The notes beneath the pieces were generated by a model. That model ran no database searches, was not told where the DNA came from, and saw only the letters and a list, made by a program, of their open reading frames with translations. Shown piece by piece: positions 28,651-38,993 of a stretch of 64,000 nt of DNA (position 1 is the first letter of the stretch; every line of letters starts with the position of its first letter). The position numbers were made by a program, and so were the translations under genes. Origin of the DNA: Polyangiaceae bacterium (GTDB lineage Bacteria > Myxococcota_A > Polyangia > Polyangiales > Polyangiaceae); NCBI GenBank assembly GCA_050287085.1, contig JBNKBE010000002.1:64001-128000 (forward strand), in the 5' to 3' direction.

Positions 28651-29910
28651 ATGAAGCAGTTTCTAAGCTCCTTGTTTCCCACCCGCGCGTTTGGCAGTGA
28701 GCCCGTGGGACCTGTCGATTCCATCCTGGCCGCCATGACCATCGGTCTGCTGGGGTTCGGGGTGGTGATGGTGTTCAGCGCCAGCGCGATAGAGGCCACG
28801 GTCGTATTCGACCAGCCCTACCGCTTCCTCAACCGTCAGGCGACGTTTGCGCTATTGGGGCTTGGGATCCTATGGGGCGTCTCGCGCATCGACTATCACT
28901 CTTATCGCCGCTTCACCTACGTCATTCTTGCGCTGGTGACGGCTTTGATGCTCGCGAGCGTCAGCGGGCTCGGGCATTCCGGAGGCGGCGCTGCGCGTTG
29001 GCTGAGGCTCGGTCCCGTACACGTCCAGCCGTCGGAGATGGCCAAGTTGGCATTGATCTTATGGCTCGCTTATTCGCTCGCCAAAAAACGAAGCGAGCAG
29101 GTGAAGACGTTTGCCGTAGGGATGGTGCCGCACTTCATGATGGCGGGATTCTTGGTCTTGCTCTGTCTCAGTCAGCCCGACTTCGGCGGAGCGGTGGTGT
29201 TGTTATTCCTCACCTTCACGTTGCTCTTCGTGGCGGGCGCGCGCATCGCGTACCTGGCGCTGGTGGGGCTCGCAGGGAGTGCGGTGGCCGCATGGTTGGT
29301 CCGCTTTGAGCCGTATCGCTGGAAACGTGTGCTTGCCTGGATGCACCTCAGCGAGCACAAGTCGGGGCTCGCCTACCAGCCCTTCCAGTCCGTCATGAGT
29401 TTTGGCGCCGGTGAGTTTTCGGGTATGGGCCTGGGTAAAGGCCTGCAGGTGCTCTACTTGCCCGAGGCACACACCGACTTCGTGGCTGCGATCATCGGCG
29501 AAGAGCTCGGCTTGATCGGGATCGGGGCCTTGTGCCTCACCTACTTGGTTATCGTTTCCCGGGGCGTCCGGGTAGCGCTTGCGGCCGATGACGAGTACGG
29601 CTCGTACGTTGCTTTCGGCATCAGCGTGTTGTTTGGCGTGCAAGCACTCATCAACTTGGCCGTTGCGATGTCCATGCTGCCCACGAAGGGTCTGACGTTG
29701 CCTTTTGTCAGCTACGGTGGCTCGTCATTGCTGGTCAATTGTGCGGCCATGGGGGTGTTGCTCAACGTATCGCGCCGGCGACGGCCGGCGGGCAACCATC
29801 GGCTTGCGTCGATGGCCAGCCCGGAAGCGTCGATGCTGGTTGCCGCGGAGAGTCAAGCGTCGGGCTTGAGGCGCGCTTTCCGAGGGGGCCGGGAGCCGGC
29901 TGCGTCCTAA
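28651..29910 (+). CDS. ftsW: SEDS peptidoglycan polymerase FtsW
   Basis: QPSEMAK, QPDFG, LPEAHTDF and PFVSYGGSS. Confidence 0.97.
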   Translation: MKQFLSSLFPTRAFGSEPVGPVDSILAAMTIGLLGFGVVMVFSASAIEATVVFDQPYRFLNRQATFALLGLGILWGVSRIDYHSYRRFTYVILALVTALMLASVSGLGHSGGGAARWLRLGPVHVQPSEMAKLALILWLAYSLAKKRSEQVKTFAVGMVPHFMMAGFLVLLCLSQPDFGGAVVLLFLTFTLLFVAGARIAYLALVGLAGSAVAAWLVRFEPYRWKRVLAWMHLSEHKSGLAYQPFQSVMSFGAGEFSGMGLGKGLQVLYLPEAHTDFVAAIIGEELGLIGIGALCLTYLVIVSRGVRVALAADDEYGSYVAFGISVLFGVQALINLAVAMSMLPTKGLTLPFVSYGGSSLLVNCAAMGVLLNVSRRRRPAGNHRLASMASPEASMLVAAESQASGLRRAFRGGREPAAS

Positions 29911-31046
29911 TGGCGGAGACCGTATTGCTCGCCGGGGGTGGGACTGGCGGTCATGTCTTTCCGATGATTGCTGTGGCCGATGAGCTGCGGCGCCTGCTGC
30001 CAACGCTTCGCCTGGTGTTTGTTGGTACGGAGCGCGGACTCGAGAGCAAAGTCGTTCCTGAATGCGGCTACGAACTTCGCTATGTTTCGATGGCGCCGCT
30101 GCTCGGCGGTGGGGTTTGGGGGGGGCTGAAGGGGGCTGTCCGCGCCGGGCTGGCGATGCCAGAGGGACTCCTCTTGGTGCGAGAGCTACAGCCTGCCGTC
30201 GTGTTTTCTATGGGGGGATACGCTGCCGGCTCCGCGGCATTGGCGGCGCGGCTGCTTCGTGTTCCGCTGGCCCTCATGGAGCCCAACAGTGTGCTTGGGC
30301 TGGCGAATCGTCTCGTCGCGCCGCTCGTGCAGCGGGCCTACACGTCGTACGAAGACGTTGAGTCATCATTTCCTCGAGGGACGGTTCTGCGGAGCGGACT
30401 TGCGATTCGACGTGGGTTTGCTCGCGTCCCGTTTCAGCCGGATGGCGACGTGCTGCGGGTGCTCGTATTGGGCGGTAGCCAGGGGGCCCGCACCCTCAAT
30501 GAAGCCGTACCGCGCGCGCTCAGTCAGACGCGGGTCCGGGTGCGAGTAGTGCATCAGGCGGGCAAGGGGAAAGACGAAGCGGTGCGCACGTTGTACCAAG
30601 CACTCGGAGCGACCGAGGCGGTTTCAGTGCTGCCGTTCATTGCGGACATGCCCTCGGCCCTGGCCCAGGCTGATCTGGTCATCAGTCGTAGCGGTGCGGG
30701 GGCATGCAGCGAGATTTGTGCCGTGGGACGACCGTCGCTTCTAGTTCCCTATCCCTTTGCTGCGGGCGACCATCAACGCAAGAATGCCGAGGCTCTCGTG
30801 CGCGCCGGAGCGGCGCGCCAGATCGCCGACCGGGAAGCGACGCCGGACCGCCTGACCGCGTTGATCGACAGTTTAGGGCAAGGACGCTCAGAATTGGCCA
30901 CGATGGCCGAAAGCGCGGCTCGAATCGGTCGCCCGAGCGCTGCGGAACGGGTCGCCCGAGACCTGCTTGAGCTCGGGGGCCTAGGCGTGCCAGAAGAGGC
31001 TTCGGCCAGCCCGGAGCTGTCTCCACGGGCGTCGGAGGTTCACTGA
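29910..31046 (+). CDS. murG: MurG glycosyltransferase
   Basis: GGGTGGHVFP, GGSQGA, RSGA and DHQRKNA. Start set at the TAATG overlap with the ftsW stop. Confidence 0.97.
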   Translation: MAETVLLAGGGTGGHVFPMIAVADELRRLLPTLRLVFVGTERGLESKVVPECGYELRYVSMAPLLGGGVWGGLKGAVRAGLAMPEGLLLVRELQPAVVFSMGGYAAGSAALAARLLRVPLALMEPNSVLGLANRLVAPLVQRAYTSYEDVESSFPRGTVLRSGLAIRRGFARVPFQPDGDVLRVLVLGGSQGARTLNEAVPRALSQTRVRVRVVHQAGKGKDEAVRTLYQALGATEAVSVLPFIADMPSALAQADLVISRSGAGACSEICAVGRPSLLVPYPFAAGDHQRKNAEALVRAGAARQIADREATPDRLTALIDSLGQGRSELATMAESAARIGRPSAAERVARDLLELGGLGVPEEASASPELSPRASEVH

Positions 31047-32437
31047 TGTTTAGAGGTCGGGTTCGAAGAGTCCATTTTATCGGCGTGGGCGGCATTGGCA
31101 TGAGTGGCCTGGCCGAGATCTTGAACAACATGGACTTCGAGGTCAGCGGCTCCGACCTGCGCGAGGGGGAGATCACGCGCAGATTGCAGCGCCTGGGCGT
31201 CATCGTTCACGTGGGGCATCGCAGTCAGAACGTCGAGGGTGCGAACGTGGTCGTCTATTCGAGCGCGATCGATCCCACCAACCCCGAGATCATTGAAGCG
31301 GAGCGCCTCGGAACACCCGTTATCAGTCGCGCCGAGATGCTGGCCGAACTGATGCGGGTGAAATATGGGGTAGCGCTGGCCGGCTCTCACGGCAAGACGA
31401 CAACAACCAGTCTGGTCGCCACCGTGCTGCGCGCTGCAGGCCTTGATCCTACTGTGGTCGTCGGCGGGCGGATGGCGGCTCTGGGGAGCAACGCCAAACT
31501 CGGTACGGGAGATTTGCTGGTCGCAGAGGCAGACGAGTCTGACGGGTCATTCTTGCGGCTGACCCCAACCGTTGCGGCCATCACCAACATAGACCCCGAG
31601 CACCTGGACCACTACGGCTCCTTTGGAGCCCTAAAAGATGCCTTTGTTGCGTTTGCGGAGCGCGTTCCCTTCTACGGACTGGCCGTGTTGTGTTTGGATC
31701 ACCCCACGGTACAAGAGATCTTGCCTCGTATTAAGCGTCGACACGTCACCTACGGCATGAATCCGCAGGCTGACTATGCGGCGCGCAGCGTTCGCTTCTA
31801 CGGACTTCAAACGACGTTTGAGGTATTGGCTCACGGCCGTCCGCTTGGTGAGTTCACCGTTCGCATGCCCGGGCAGCATAACGTTCTCAACACTCTTGCT
31901 GCGATTGCTATCGCTGACGAGTTGGAAGTGCCGCTGGACGTCATGAAAGACGCTCTGGCTACTTTCGGTGGGGTGGCTCGCCGCTTCACGATAGCAGCCC
32001 AGCCGCACGGCATTACTCTGGTCGACGACTACGGGCATCACCCGCAGGAAATCCGCGCCACGCTCGATGCGGCTCGGCGAGCCTATTCGCAGCGCATCTT
32101 GGTGGCGTTTCAGCCTCATCGCTATACGCGAACGCAACAGCTTTTTGATGAGTTCACGCGCGCCTTCAATCAGGCTGACGAGGTCATCATTACGGACGTC
32201 TATCCGGCGGGAGAGCAGCCCATCGCAGGAGCGAATGCCGAGGCCCTGACGGCGGCGGTGCGCCAGCATGGGCACGCCAGCGTGAGGTATGCGGGCTCCA
32301 AGGAAGACGCCGCGCGCCTGCTCGCGGATCGGGCCGAGCCGGGTGATGTCGTCATTTCGATGGGAGCCGGGGACATCAATCGGGTTCTTCCACTCGTCGA
32401 GCAGTTGCTCCACGCGCGTTTCGCCCAAAGCGAATGA
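31046..32437 (+). CDS. murC: MurC ligase
   Basis: GVGGIGMSGLA, GSHGKTTT, EADESDGSF, DDYGHHP and FQPHRYTR. Confidence 0.98.
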   Translation: MFRGRVRRVHFIGVGGIGMSGLAEILNNMDFEVSGSDLREGEITRRLQRLGVIVHVGHRSQNVEGANVVVYSSAIDPTNPEIIEAERLGTPVISRAEMLAELMRVKYGVALAGSHGKTTTTSLVATVLRAAGLDPTVVVGGRMAALGSNAKLGTGDLLVAEADESDGSFLRLTPTVAAITNIDPEHLDHYGSFGALKDAFVAFAERVPFYGLAVLCLDHPTVQEILPRIKRRHVTYGMNPQADYAARSVRFYGLQTTFEVLAHGRPLGEFTVRMPGQHNVLNTLAAIAIADELEVPLDVMKDALATFGGVARRFTIAAQPHGITLVDDYGHHPQEIRATLDAARRAYSQRILVAFQPHRYTRTQQLFDEFTRAFNQADEVIITDVYPAGEQPIAGANAEALTAAVRQHGHASVRYAGSKEDAARLLADRAEPGDVVISMGAGDINRVLPLVEQLLHARFAQSE

Positions 32438-32499
32438 ACGCAGGCTTGGCCTAGGGCCAACGGACGGGAGGCAGGCCATCGGGGCTCCGCCCTTTCGGT

Positions 32500-32528
32500 T
32501 TGAAGCCCCGCGCGCGTCGAGCTAGGGT
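32500..32528 (+). promoter_or_regulatory. Sigma70-type promoter placing +1 at the slyD start codon
   Basis: TTGAAG-17-TAGGGT-6-ATG, with no SD. Confidence 0.65.
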
Positions 32529-32534
32529 CGGGCC

Positions 32535-33017
32535 ATGAAGATCGCCAAAGACGCGGTGGTGGGCATCGAATACACGCTGACGGGTGAAGATGGAAAAGTC
32601 ATCGACACCAACGTTGGCAGTGACCTGCTTTATTACCTGCACGGACACAGCAATATCGTCGAAGGGCTGGAGAACCACCTCAGTGGCAAGACGGAAGGTG
32701 ACGCATTCGATGTGATAGTGCCTCCCGAATTGGGCTACGGAAAGCGTAGTGAGGAGCTTGTTCTCGAGGTTGAACGCTCTCAATTGCCGGACGATTTCGA
32801 GCCGCAAAAGGGCAGACGCCTGACCATGAACGGGCCACAAGGTCCTCGTTCCGTGACGGTCACGAAGGTGAAGCTCAAGACCGTTGTGCTCGACGCAAAC
32901 CACGAGCTGGCCGATCTGGCTCTGCACTTCACAGGCGCGATCAAAAAGGTGCGTAAGGCGACCTCCGAGGAATTGGATCACGGCCACGTTCACGCCCCGG
33001 GGCACCACCACCACTAG
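32535..33017 (+). CDS. slyD: FKBP-type PPIase SlyD
   Basis: YLHGHSNIVEGLE, DANHELA and C-terminal HGHVHAPGHHHH. Confidence 0.93.
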   Translation: MKIAKDAVVGIEYTLTGEDGKVIDTNVGSDLLYYLHGHSNIVEGLENHLSGKTEGDAFDVIVPPELGYGKRSEELVLEVERSQLPDDFEPQKGRRLTMNGPQGPRSVTVTKVKLKTVVLDANHELADLALHFTGAIKKVRKATSEELDHGHVHAPGHHHH

Positions 33018-33055
33018 AGCGGTGAGGACGCTCCCCTGGGCCGCACTTCCAGACG

Positions 33056-33373
33056 CTAGCGCGTGACGTTGTCGTAGCGCTCGTGCTCCCGTCCTCGGCT
33101 GTCGTCCGATGAGCTCGGATCACGAGTGCGCAAGTCGCCCGCGCCGGAGAGATCCCCCTGACGTCGGTCATCGTTGCCGCTGCCGGTTCCTTCGCTCCGA
33201 CGCAGGTGGTCGTCACCTGCGCCCGAGCGCCTATTCTCGGTCGATGCGCCTTCGTCCCGAGCCGGGGACTCCGGACATCCAGCGGCTCCTGCTGGCAATG
33301 CCAGCAGGAGTAGACGTGTCCAGTGCTGGCGTCTCCGGTGGCCAAGAGCCGAGGGGGGGCGGGAGTAGGTCAT
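33056..33373 (-). CDS. Small lipoprotein with a disordered, charged mature part
   Basis: LLLLALPAGAAGC lipobox and GAGGT SD; starts 11 nt after the mscS stop. Confidence 0.6.
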   Translation of the reverse strand: MTYSRPPSALGHRRRQHWTRLLLLALPAGAAGCPESPARDEGASTENRRSGAGDDHLRRSEGTGSGNDDRRQGDLSGAGDLRTRDPSSSDDSRGREHERYDNVTR

Positions 33374-33384
33374 CGACGGGAACC

Positions 33385-34266
33385 TCAGCGGTGAGTGTTC
33401 TCCACCAGTACGTGCTGGGCGGGCATCGGAGCCGGGAAGCCGCCTTCGGCGAGAGCGGCGAGCACTGCTCGGTGGGCGTCAAAGAACACCTGCCAGTAGT
33501 GGTCGTTGTGGCAATACGGCCGAACCGCGAGAACCGGGCCCACCAGAGTGAAGCCTTGGACCTCGACGTCAACCTTCGGATCGGCGAGCACGTTGGCAAC
33601 CTCCGCCACGCGCTGCTGGAGCAACTTTATCGCCGCTGCGTGATCAGCGGCGCCGGACAGCTGAACCGTCAGATCTACACGTCGGAACGGATTGATGCTG
33701 AAGTTCTGGATGTTGTCCCCAAAGATCTTGTTGTTGCCGACAATCGTTCGAACGTTGTCCATGGTGTTGATGGTCGTGGTGAACAGTCCGATTTCTTGGA
33801 CCGTACCCGTGACTCCGGCAGCGCAGATGAAGTCGCCCACCTTGAACGGTCGCAGCACAATCAAGAACGCACCACCCGCGAAGTTCGCTAGCAGTCCAGA
33901 CCATGCCATGCCGATTGCGACACCGGCGGCGGCGATCAGCGCGGCGAAGGTGGTCGTTTGAATGCCGAAGTAGCCAAGGATCCCGACAACGAGCAGTATG
34001 TTGAGGGTGACCGAGGTGATCGAGCCCACGTAGCGTAGGACCGTCGGATCGACTTTCTGGCGGGTGAGCGATCGTTCCAGCAGATTGACGGCCATACCGA
34101 TCAGCCAACGGCCGATTACCCAGAAGGCGATCGCGCCGACGATCTTTAGGCCGATGTCACTGGCGTGCGTGATGATCAACTCGCGATAAGATTTTAAAGA
34201 TTCCACTGATTTGTCCTCCCTCGGGGACTCCATTTGCCCCCGCATATAGTCAGAGTGGGTCGCCAT
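33385..34266 (-). CDS. mscS: Small-conductance mechanosensitive channel
   Basis: AAAGVAIGMAWSGLLANFAGG, RPFKVGD, GTVQEIGLFTT and RRVDL. Confidence 0.93.
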   Translation of the reverse strand: MATHSDYMRGQMESPREDKSVESLKSYRELIITHASDIGLKIVGAIAFWVIGRWLIGMAVNLLERSLTRQKVDPTVLRYVGSITSVTLNILLVVGILGYFGIQTTTFAALIAAAGVAIGMAWSGLLANFAGGAFLIVLRPFKVGDFICAAGVTGTVQEIGLFTTTINTMDNVRTIVGNNKIFGDNIQNFSINPFRRVDLTVQLSGAADHAAAIKLLQQRVAEVANVLADPKVDVEVQGFTLVGPVLAVRPYCHNDHYWQVFFDAHRAVLAALAEGGFPAPMPAQHVLVENTHR

Positions 34267-34447
34267 TGAACGGGCCCAAGACCCGCCGCGCTCCGCCTAG
34301 CAGCAAGGTTTGCGGTGGGACAAGGGATTACACTTGAGGGTCGACGATAGGTAGTTGGAGGTGCGCGTCGCGCGCACCCGCGGTTCACAGCGAAGCGTCG
34401 CGAATTTCGGCGTTTCGCCACGCCCTCGACGGTATAAGTGCTCCACG

Positions 34448-35560
34448 ATGATGCGGGACGCTGTCCCTCGCGCGCCGGACGCGCATATCCAGTCTCTGCG
34501 CGGGGTGGCGGTGCTCATGCTCGTGTTGTTTCACGTCGTTGGCGCCGAGTCGGGCTTGGGAGTGGGCGTGGCAGACGACTCGGGATGGCGGCATGCGATG
34601 CAGTCGATGGGCTATTTGCGGATGCCGCTGTTTACGGCCATCTCCGGGTGGGTCTACTCCTTGCGCCCTGTTATGCCCGAAGCGGCGCGCGGGTTCTTGC
34701 TTGGCAAGGCGCGCCGATTGCTGTTTCCGATGGTGAGCGCTGGATCTCTGTTTTGGTGCCTACACCAGGTGTACCCGCTGGATGGCACCCCTCCGCCGAT
34801 CTCCGAAATCTGGCGACTGCTGGTGTTTCAGTACATTCACTTCTGGTATCTGCAGGCGCTGTTCCTGGTGTTCATTACCATCGGCTTGCTCGAGCGGGCA
34901 CGCCTCTTGGGTTCGCTGCCTCGCTGGACTATCGCACTGGCTGCGTCGCTGGCCTTCTCCTACTGGGGGCCGCACGCAGAGGTCTTTTTCTCATTGAAGG
35001 GCTACGCGTATCTGCTGCCCTATTTCCTCCTGGGACTTGGCCTTCAACGGTTTCGCAACTTGCTTCTGCGCCCAGGCTGGGTTCTGACCACGCTGTGCCT
35101 TGCGGTCTTGCTGCAGTTGCGTTTCGAAGTGGGCTACCACATCGAGCTAGGGCGGCTTGCACTGGGCAAAAGAAGCGCCTTTGGGCTGCTGCTCAGCGCT
35201 GCGTGGGTATCAGCCGCCTTGGGCTTGCACTGGAGTAGCCCGCGCCTGATGGCGATTGGCCGCCACTCATTTGCCATCTATCTATTCCATCCGCTCTTCT
35301 ATGCGGGGACTACGGCCTTGCTTCGAGCCGCGGGATGGACGCCGGAGACCCCTGCAATTTTGGCGGGCCTGGCCGCCGGCGTACTGGGGCCGATCGCTCT
35401 CGATCGACGTCTGCCCGCGGGCGGTCTGCTGCGATTGCTTCTTCTCGGCGAGCGCTGGCGGCGGGGACGTCCGCCCGCGCCAGCGCCGCCCAGCGGCGGC
35501 CTATCCGAGCTGACCACGTCCGTCATGACGGGGTCCAGGGAAGCCACCGCGGGGCCCTAA
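34448..35560 (+). CDS. Acyltransferase-3 family membrane O-acyltransferase
   Basis: IQSLRGVAVLMLVLFH, RMPLFTAISG, HFWYL and SFAIYLFH. Confidence 0.9.
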   Translation: MMRDAVPRAPDAHIQSLRGVAVLMLVLFHVVGAESGLGVGVADDSGWRHAMQSMGYLRMPLFTAISGWVYSLRPVMPEAARGFLLGKARRLLFPMVSAGSLFWCLHQVYPLDGTPPPISEIWRLLVFQYIHFWYLQALFLVFITIGLLERARLLGSLPRWTIALAASLAFSYWGPHAEVFFSLKGYAYLLPYFLLGLGLQRFRNLLLRPGWVLTTLCLAVLLQLRFEVGYHIELGRLALGKRSAFGLLLSAAWVSAALGLHWSSPRLMAIGRHSFAIYLFHPLFYAGTTALLRAAGWTPETPAILAGLAAGVLGPIALDRRLPAGGLLRLLLLGERWRRGRPPAPAPPSGGLSELTTSVMTGSREATAGP

Positions 35561-35626
35561 GACGACACGAGAGGCCGGTTCGGGGTTATTCCTCTCCGGC
35601 CACCGCGGTCTCCTGGTGTTTGGGCG

Positions 35627-37084
35627 TCAAGCGTGTGCGGTCACCAGTTGGCCACCGCCCGCCCCGAAGTCTTCCGTCGGGACTCCCGCAGCCGTAATTG
35701 CGGAGGCCAGAATCAAGGCGTTGCTGCCATTGCCCTCCACGACGGCTCCCTGTCTGAAGAACTGACCCCCACTTCCTGCGATCACGATGGGCGCCGGATT
35801 GAAGCCGTGGCTTGGACCGTCGGAGAGCGAGTTGGTCCAGTAGATGAACGAACGATCGAACAGACCGTATTGTTCCCAGACGCTGAGAACATGGGCCATC
35901 GTAGTTGCGCGTATGATGTCGATTTCGGTATGCGCGTCCTTGGCCCAGGTGTCATTACCGGTGGTGGCGTCGCTATTCGTTCGGTGACTGATGCGGTGAA
36001 ACGTGCTGTAGGAGCCCTTCGCCTGCGTTTCGTAGACGGTGCCGTCGGTACCGTCGCCCCACTGCAGCGTCGCCGTGCGGTTGGCATCACACGCGAAGGT
36101 GAGGGCCACCGTTTCTGCGTGCAGCTTGACGAAGTCCTCGATCATATGGGAACGCGTGTTGAAGGTGACGCCGTCTTTGAACGCGTCGAGTGCTGATTGG
36201 CTTGGCAGCGGCGCGCCACAGCTCGCTGCAGCGTCCACCATGGGGCCCATCACCCCGGTTCCGTCGTTGATGTCGTTGACGGTGTCGCCCACCGCCAGAA
36301 GGCGACTCTCGAACTGTCGCACGCCTTCAAGGTGATTGGTCAGTCGCCGCTTGTCCTCTGCACTGAGGGCGGTCTTCGCCAGTAGACTGTTGAAGTCTTC
36401 CAGCACGAGATCGTTGACGCTCCGCTGTCGGAACAGCAAGTCGTCGACTTGACTCGGTCCCGTAATCGGACTCGAGCCATCCGGATCTCCCCCTACGACC
36501 TCACCACTGAGCCCGACCAGGCGCTTGTACGTCTCGTAGGGGTTCAGCTGAGCGGGGCGTGCGGCGGTGCCACGCGCGGCAAACGACGTTCTTTCCGCGA
36601 TGTACGCACCCTTCTGTGAGCCTGCGTAGAGCGTGAGGGCTTCCACGCCGGGCTCATTGAGAGCCTCGGAGATGACGACGTCCGCCGAGGGGCCCCCGCT
36701 GGTCGAGCCATTGCCGCCGCTGGCGGGCACGGCTCCCGTGATCGCCTGAACGCAGCCTTGGGCGTGCCCGCAGTTCGAAGAGGAGCCCCCGGGAAAGCGG
36801 AGTCCCTTTACGAACAAGAGACGGTCGGCGTAGTCAGCCAGCGGCTCGACGGACTTGCCTGCCATGGTGGCTGCGCTTAAGGCGCCGGCGCTCGGCCAGA
36901 ACTTGTCTTGTACAACTCCATTCTGAGACACGATGAAGAAGCTGTAGACGGGGGCTGCATCTTGTCCCCAAGCGGAGCGTTCCGGCAGTCCTTCGAGGAG
37001 CGGCAGACCGATGGCCACGCCACTAGCCCCTCGCAGAAAGGCGCGACGATTCATTTGCTTGCGCTTCGACGGAGAGAATATCAT
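35627..37084 (-). CDS. DUF1552-family protein with Tat-like signal
   Basis: MNRRAFLRG..GVAIGLPLLE, FACDANRTATLQW, HRISH and IVIAGSGG; coupled to the DUF1592 gene. Confidence 0.85.
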   Translation of the reverse strand: MIFSPSKRKQMNRRAFLRGASGVAIGLPLLEGLPERSAWGQDAAPVYSFFIVSQNGVVQDKFWPSAGALSAATMAGKSVEPLADYADRLLFVKGLRFPGGSSSNCGHAQGCVQAITGAVPASGGNGSTSGGPSADVVISEALNEPGVEALTLYAGSQKGAYIAERTSFAARGTAARPAQLNPYETYKRLVGLSGEVVGGDPDGSSPITGPSQVDDLLFRQRSVNDLVLEDFNSLLAKTALSAEDKRRLTNHLEGVRQFESRLLAVGDTVNDINDGTGVMGPMVDAAASCGAPLPSQSALDAFKDGVTFNTRSHMIEDFVKLHAETVALTFACDANRTATLQWGDGTDGTVYETQAKGSYSTFHRISHRTNSDATTGNDTWAKDAHTEIDIIRATTMAHVLSVWEQYGLFDRSFIYWTNSLSDGPSHGFNPAPIVIAGSGGQFFRQGAVVEGNGSNALILASAITAAGVPTEDFGAGGGQLVTAHA

Positions 37085-38793
37085 TGGCTTACTCCTTGGC
37101 GCTGGCGAAAGGACGGGGTTTGGACAAGCGCGAGGATCAGGTTCTTCATGGAGCCTTCCGCCGACATGCTTATATCAGCGAGCTGGTCAAGTAGGGGTTG
37201 GTCTGTGGGGACGATGTCTCGCTGCAGACTATAGCTGGCAATATTCTTTGCAAAGCAGCTATGAGCTTCGCGACCGTTCACCAGAATCTGCATCAACTCT
37301 GGAGCGTTGGAGAAGGCGGCGGGACCCGTGGAAAAGGGGTAGGCGGACACTGTGTTAACCGGCTTTTCGGCGTCGGTCGCGCGCAGCCGGCCCATGCCGT
37401 CGAAGTTCTCAAAGGCATAGCCAAGAGGGTTGATGTAGGCCCCGTGACAGGTCGCGCCACAGGTTCCAAAGCCTGTTTGCTCGTCGATGTAGTCGCGGTC
37501 GGACTGTCCGGGCTTTACAGGGGCGGGCTCAGGCAGAGTGAAGTTGGGGGTGGGAAGTTCAGCGCACAATACCTGATAGTTGATAAACAACCCCCGGTGG
37601 ATCGCGTCCGACCGATTGTTGTTGGCGAACAGCATCAAGTACGGGACCTGGGAGAAGAATCCAACGCGCTCGGGACCTAGTTCCTCGAGCTCGACCGTCG
37701 TGTGGGGTTCGAGCCCGTAGAGGGGCGCCAACTTGGGACCTACGAAGCCTTGCGTCGACGTCAGGATTTCGCGGAGACCTGCGCCTGAGGTGAAGACGTT
37801 CTCAAAGAAGCGGCGAGAGACCTCGTCCGCTTCTGCACTGACCTCCTCATTGTACTCTGGCAGGGTCTTGAAGATGTGCTGGTAGCGGACGAACTTGAAC
37901 ATCTCGGCGAACATGTCGACAGCCATCTCGATGGCTTCCGGCGTTGCGAGCAGCTCACGGGTGACTTCCAGAACGCCTTCCGGCGTATCGAGCTGGCCCG
38001 TTGCGGCCATGTCCAGCAGGGTCTCGCTTGGCGTGGTGTTGAGCAGCCAATAGGAGAGCCTTGCTGCCAGTTCATAGCCGGTCAAGGGCGCGCCGTCCGG
38101 GGAGAGCTCCGTGCGGTAGAGGAAGTTCGGGCTCTGGAGCATCGCCTCGACGACCAGTCCAGCACCCTTAACGAAGACGTCTTCTTCGCCCGGGAGCTCC
38201 GAACCTAGGTCAAAGGCACTTCGATAGCGCGCCACTTCTTCGTCCGTCAGGGGTCGACGGAACGCGCGGCGACCGAAGTTGGCAATGAAGGTATCCGGGT
38301 CGTCGCCGGCGGCGATGCGCTCGATGTCCGCGCGGGTCGCCGCGTGCGCGGCCGCGAGCTCAGAGGCCGCATCGCGGTACTGGTCGTTCTGGGTGACCGA
38401 AATCTCCAAGACCTTTTCGTTGTTGGGAAAGAGGGTGAAGCCACCGACAGCCGCCAAGAACGAATCGGCCTGCGTCGGAATGGTTCCGAGTTGGAGCACG
38501 TCGCGCACAGAGCGAGACCACTGCAGGTTGGTCAGCGCCACCGCCCGCAAATAGAGCGGAGCGCCGCTCAGATTAAAAGCGGGTGCCGGAAACTGCCCAT
38601 CGACCAACGGCGAGATCGGGTCGTAGTTGGCGTTGCCCGGCGCGTTGGGGCCCGAAGACCCGGGGCCTTCAGTGCCGTTTGGGGGCGGAGTCGGAGAGGC
38701 GGTACCGCTACACGCCGCAGCGAACACTAGGGGCGCGAGCAAGGTGCCCTTGGCACGCACCCGCCCCCGCGCGAATGAACGAGATAGAATCAT
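37081..38793 (-). CDS. DUF1587/1595/1592/1588/1585-type lipoprotein
   Basis: Lipobox FAAAC, RAFRRPLT, LQSPNFLYRTE, ELAARLSYWL, IHRG and INPLGYAFENFDGMGR. Confidence 0.85.
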   Translation of the reverse strand: MILSRSFARGRVRAKGTLLAPLVFAAACSGTASPTPPPNGTEGPGSSGPNAPGNANYDPISPLVDGQFPAPAFNLSGAPLYLRAVALTNLQWSRSVRDVLQLGTIPTQADSFLAAVGGFTLFPNNEKVLEISVTQNDQYRDAASELAAAHAATRADIERIAAGDDPDTFIANFGRRAFRRPLTDEEVARYRSAFDLGSELPGEEDVFVKGAGLVVEAMLQSPNFLYRTELSPDGAPLTGYELAARLSYWLLNTTPSETLLDMAATGQLDTPEGVLEVTRELLATPEAIEMAVDMFAEMFKFVRYQHIFKTLPEYNEEVSAEADEVSRRFFENVFTSGAGLREILTSTQGFVGPKLAPLYGLEPHTTVELEELGPERVGFFSQVPYLMLFANNNRSDAIHRGLFINYQVLCAELPTPNFTLPEPAPVKPGQSDRDYIDEQTGFGTCGATCHGAYINPLGYAFENFDGMGRLRATDAEKPVNTVSAYPFSTGPAAFSNAPELMQILVNGREAHSCFAKNIASYSLQRDIVPTDQPLLDQLADISMSAEGSMKNLILALVQTPSFRQRQGVSQ

Positions 38794-38993
38794 AGTGCTT
38801 GGAGGGTGTATGCCCCGGCGTCGCAGTCTCGACGAAGCGAAGTCACCAGGATGCGCAAAAACCGCGAGCCGGTGCGTAGTTTTCCTCCCGTGCCGGACGC
38901 TGATAGCTCACTTTGCACTCTTTCAGACCTAGTGGAAGGAGCCGATTGCAGCAGTTTGGCCCCGACGTGGGCCGTGGGGTGACGGCTAGCCCA

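Noticed and set aside
29739..29909. N-terminal extension of MurG in the ORF track
   Set aside because: Overlaps ftsW; the TAATG junction gives the canonical start.
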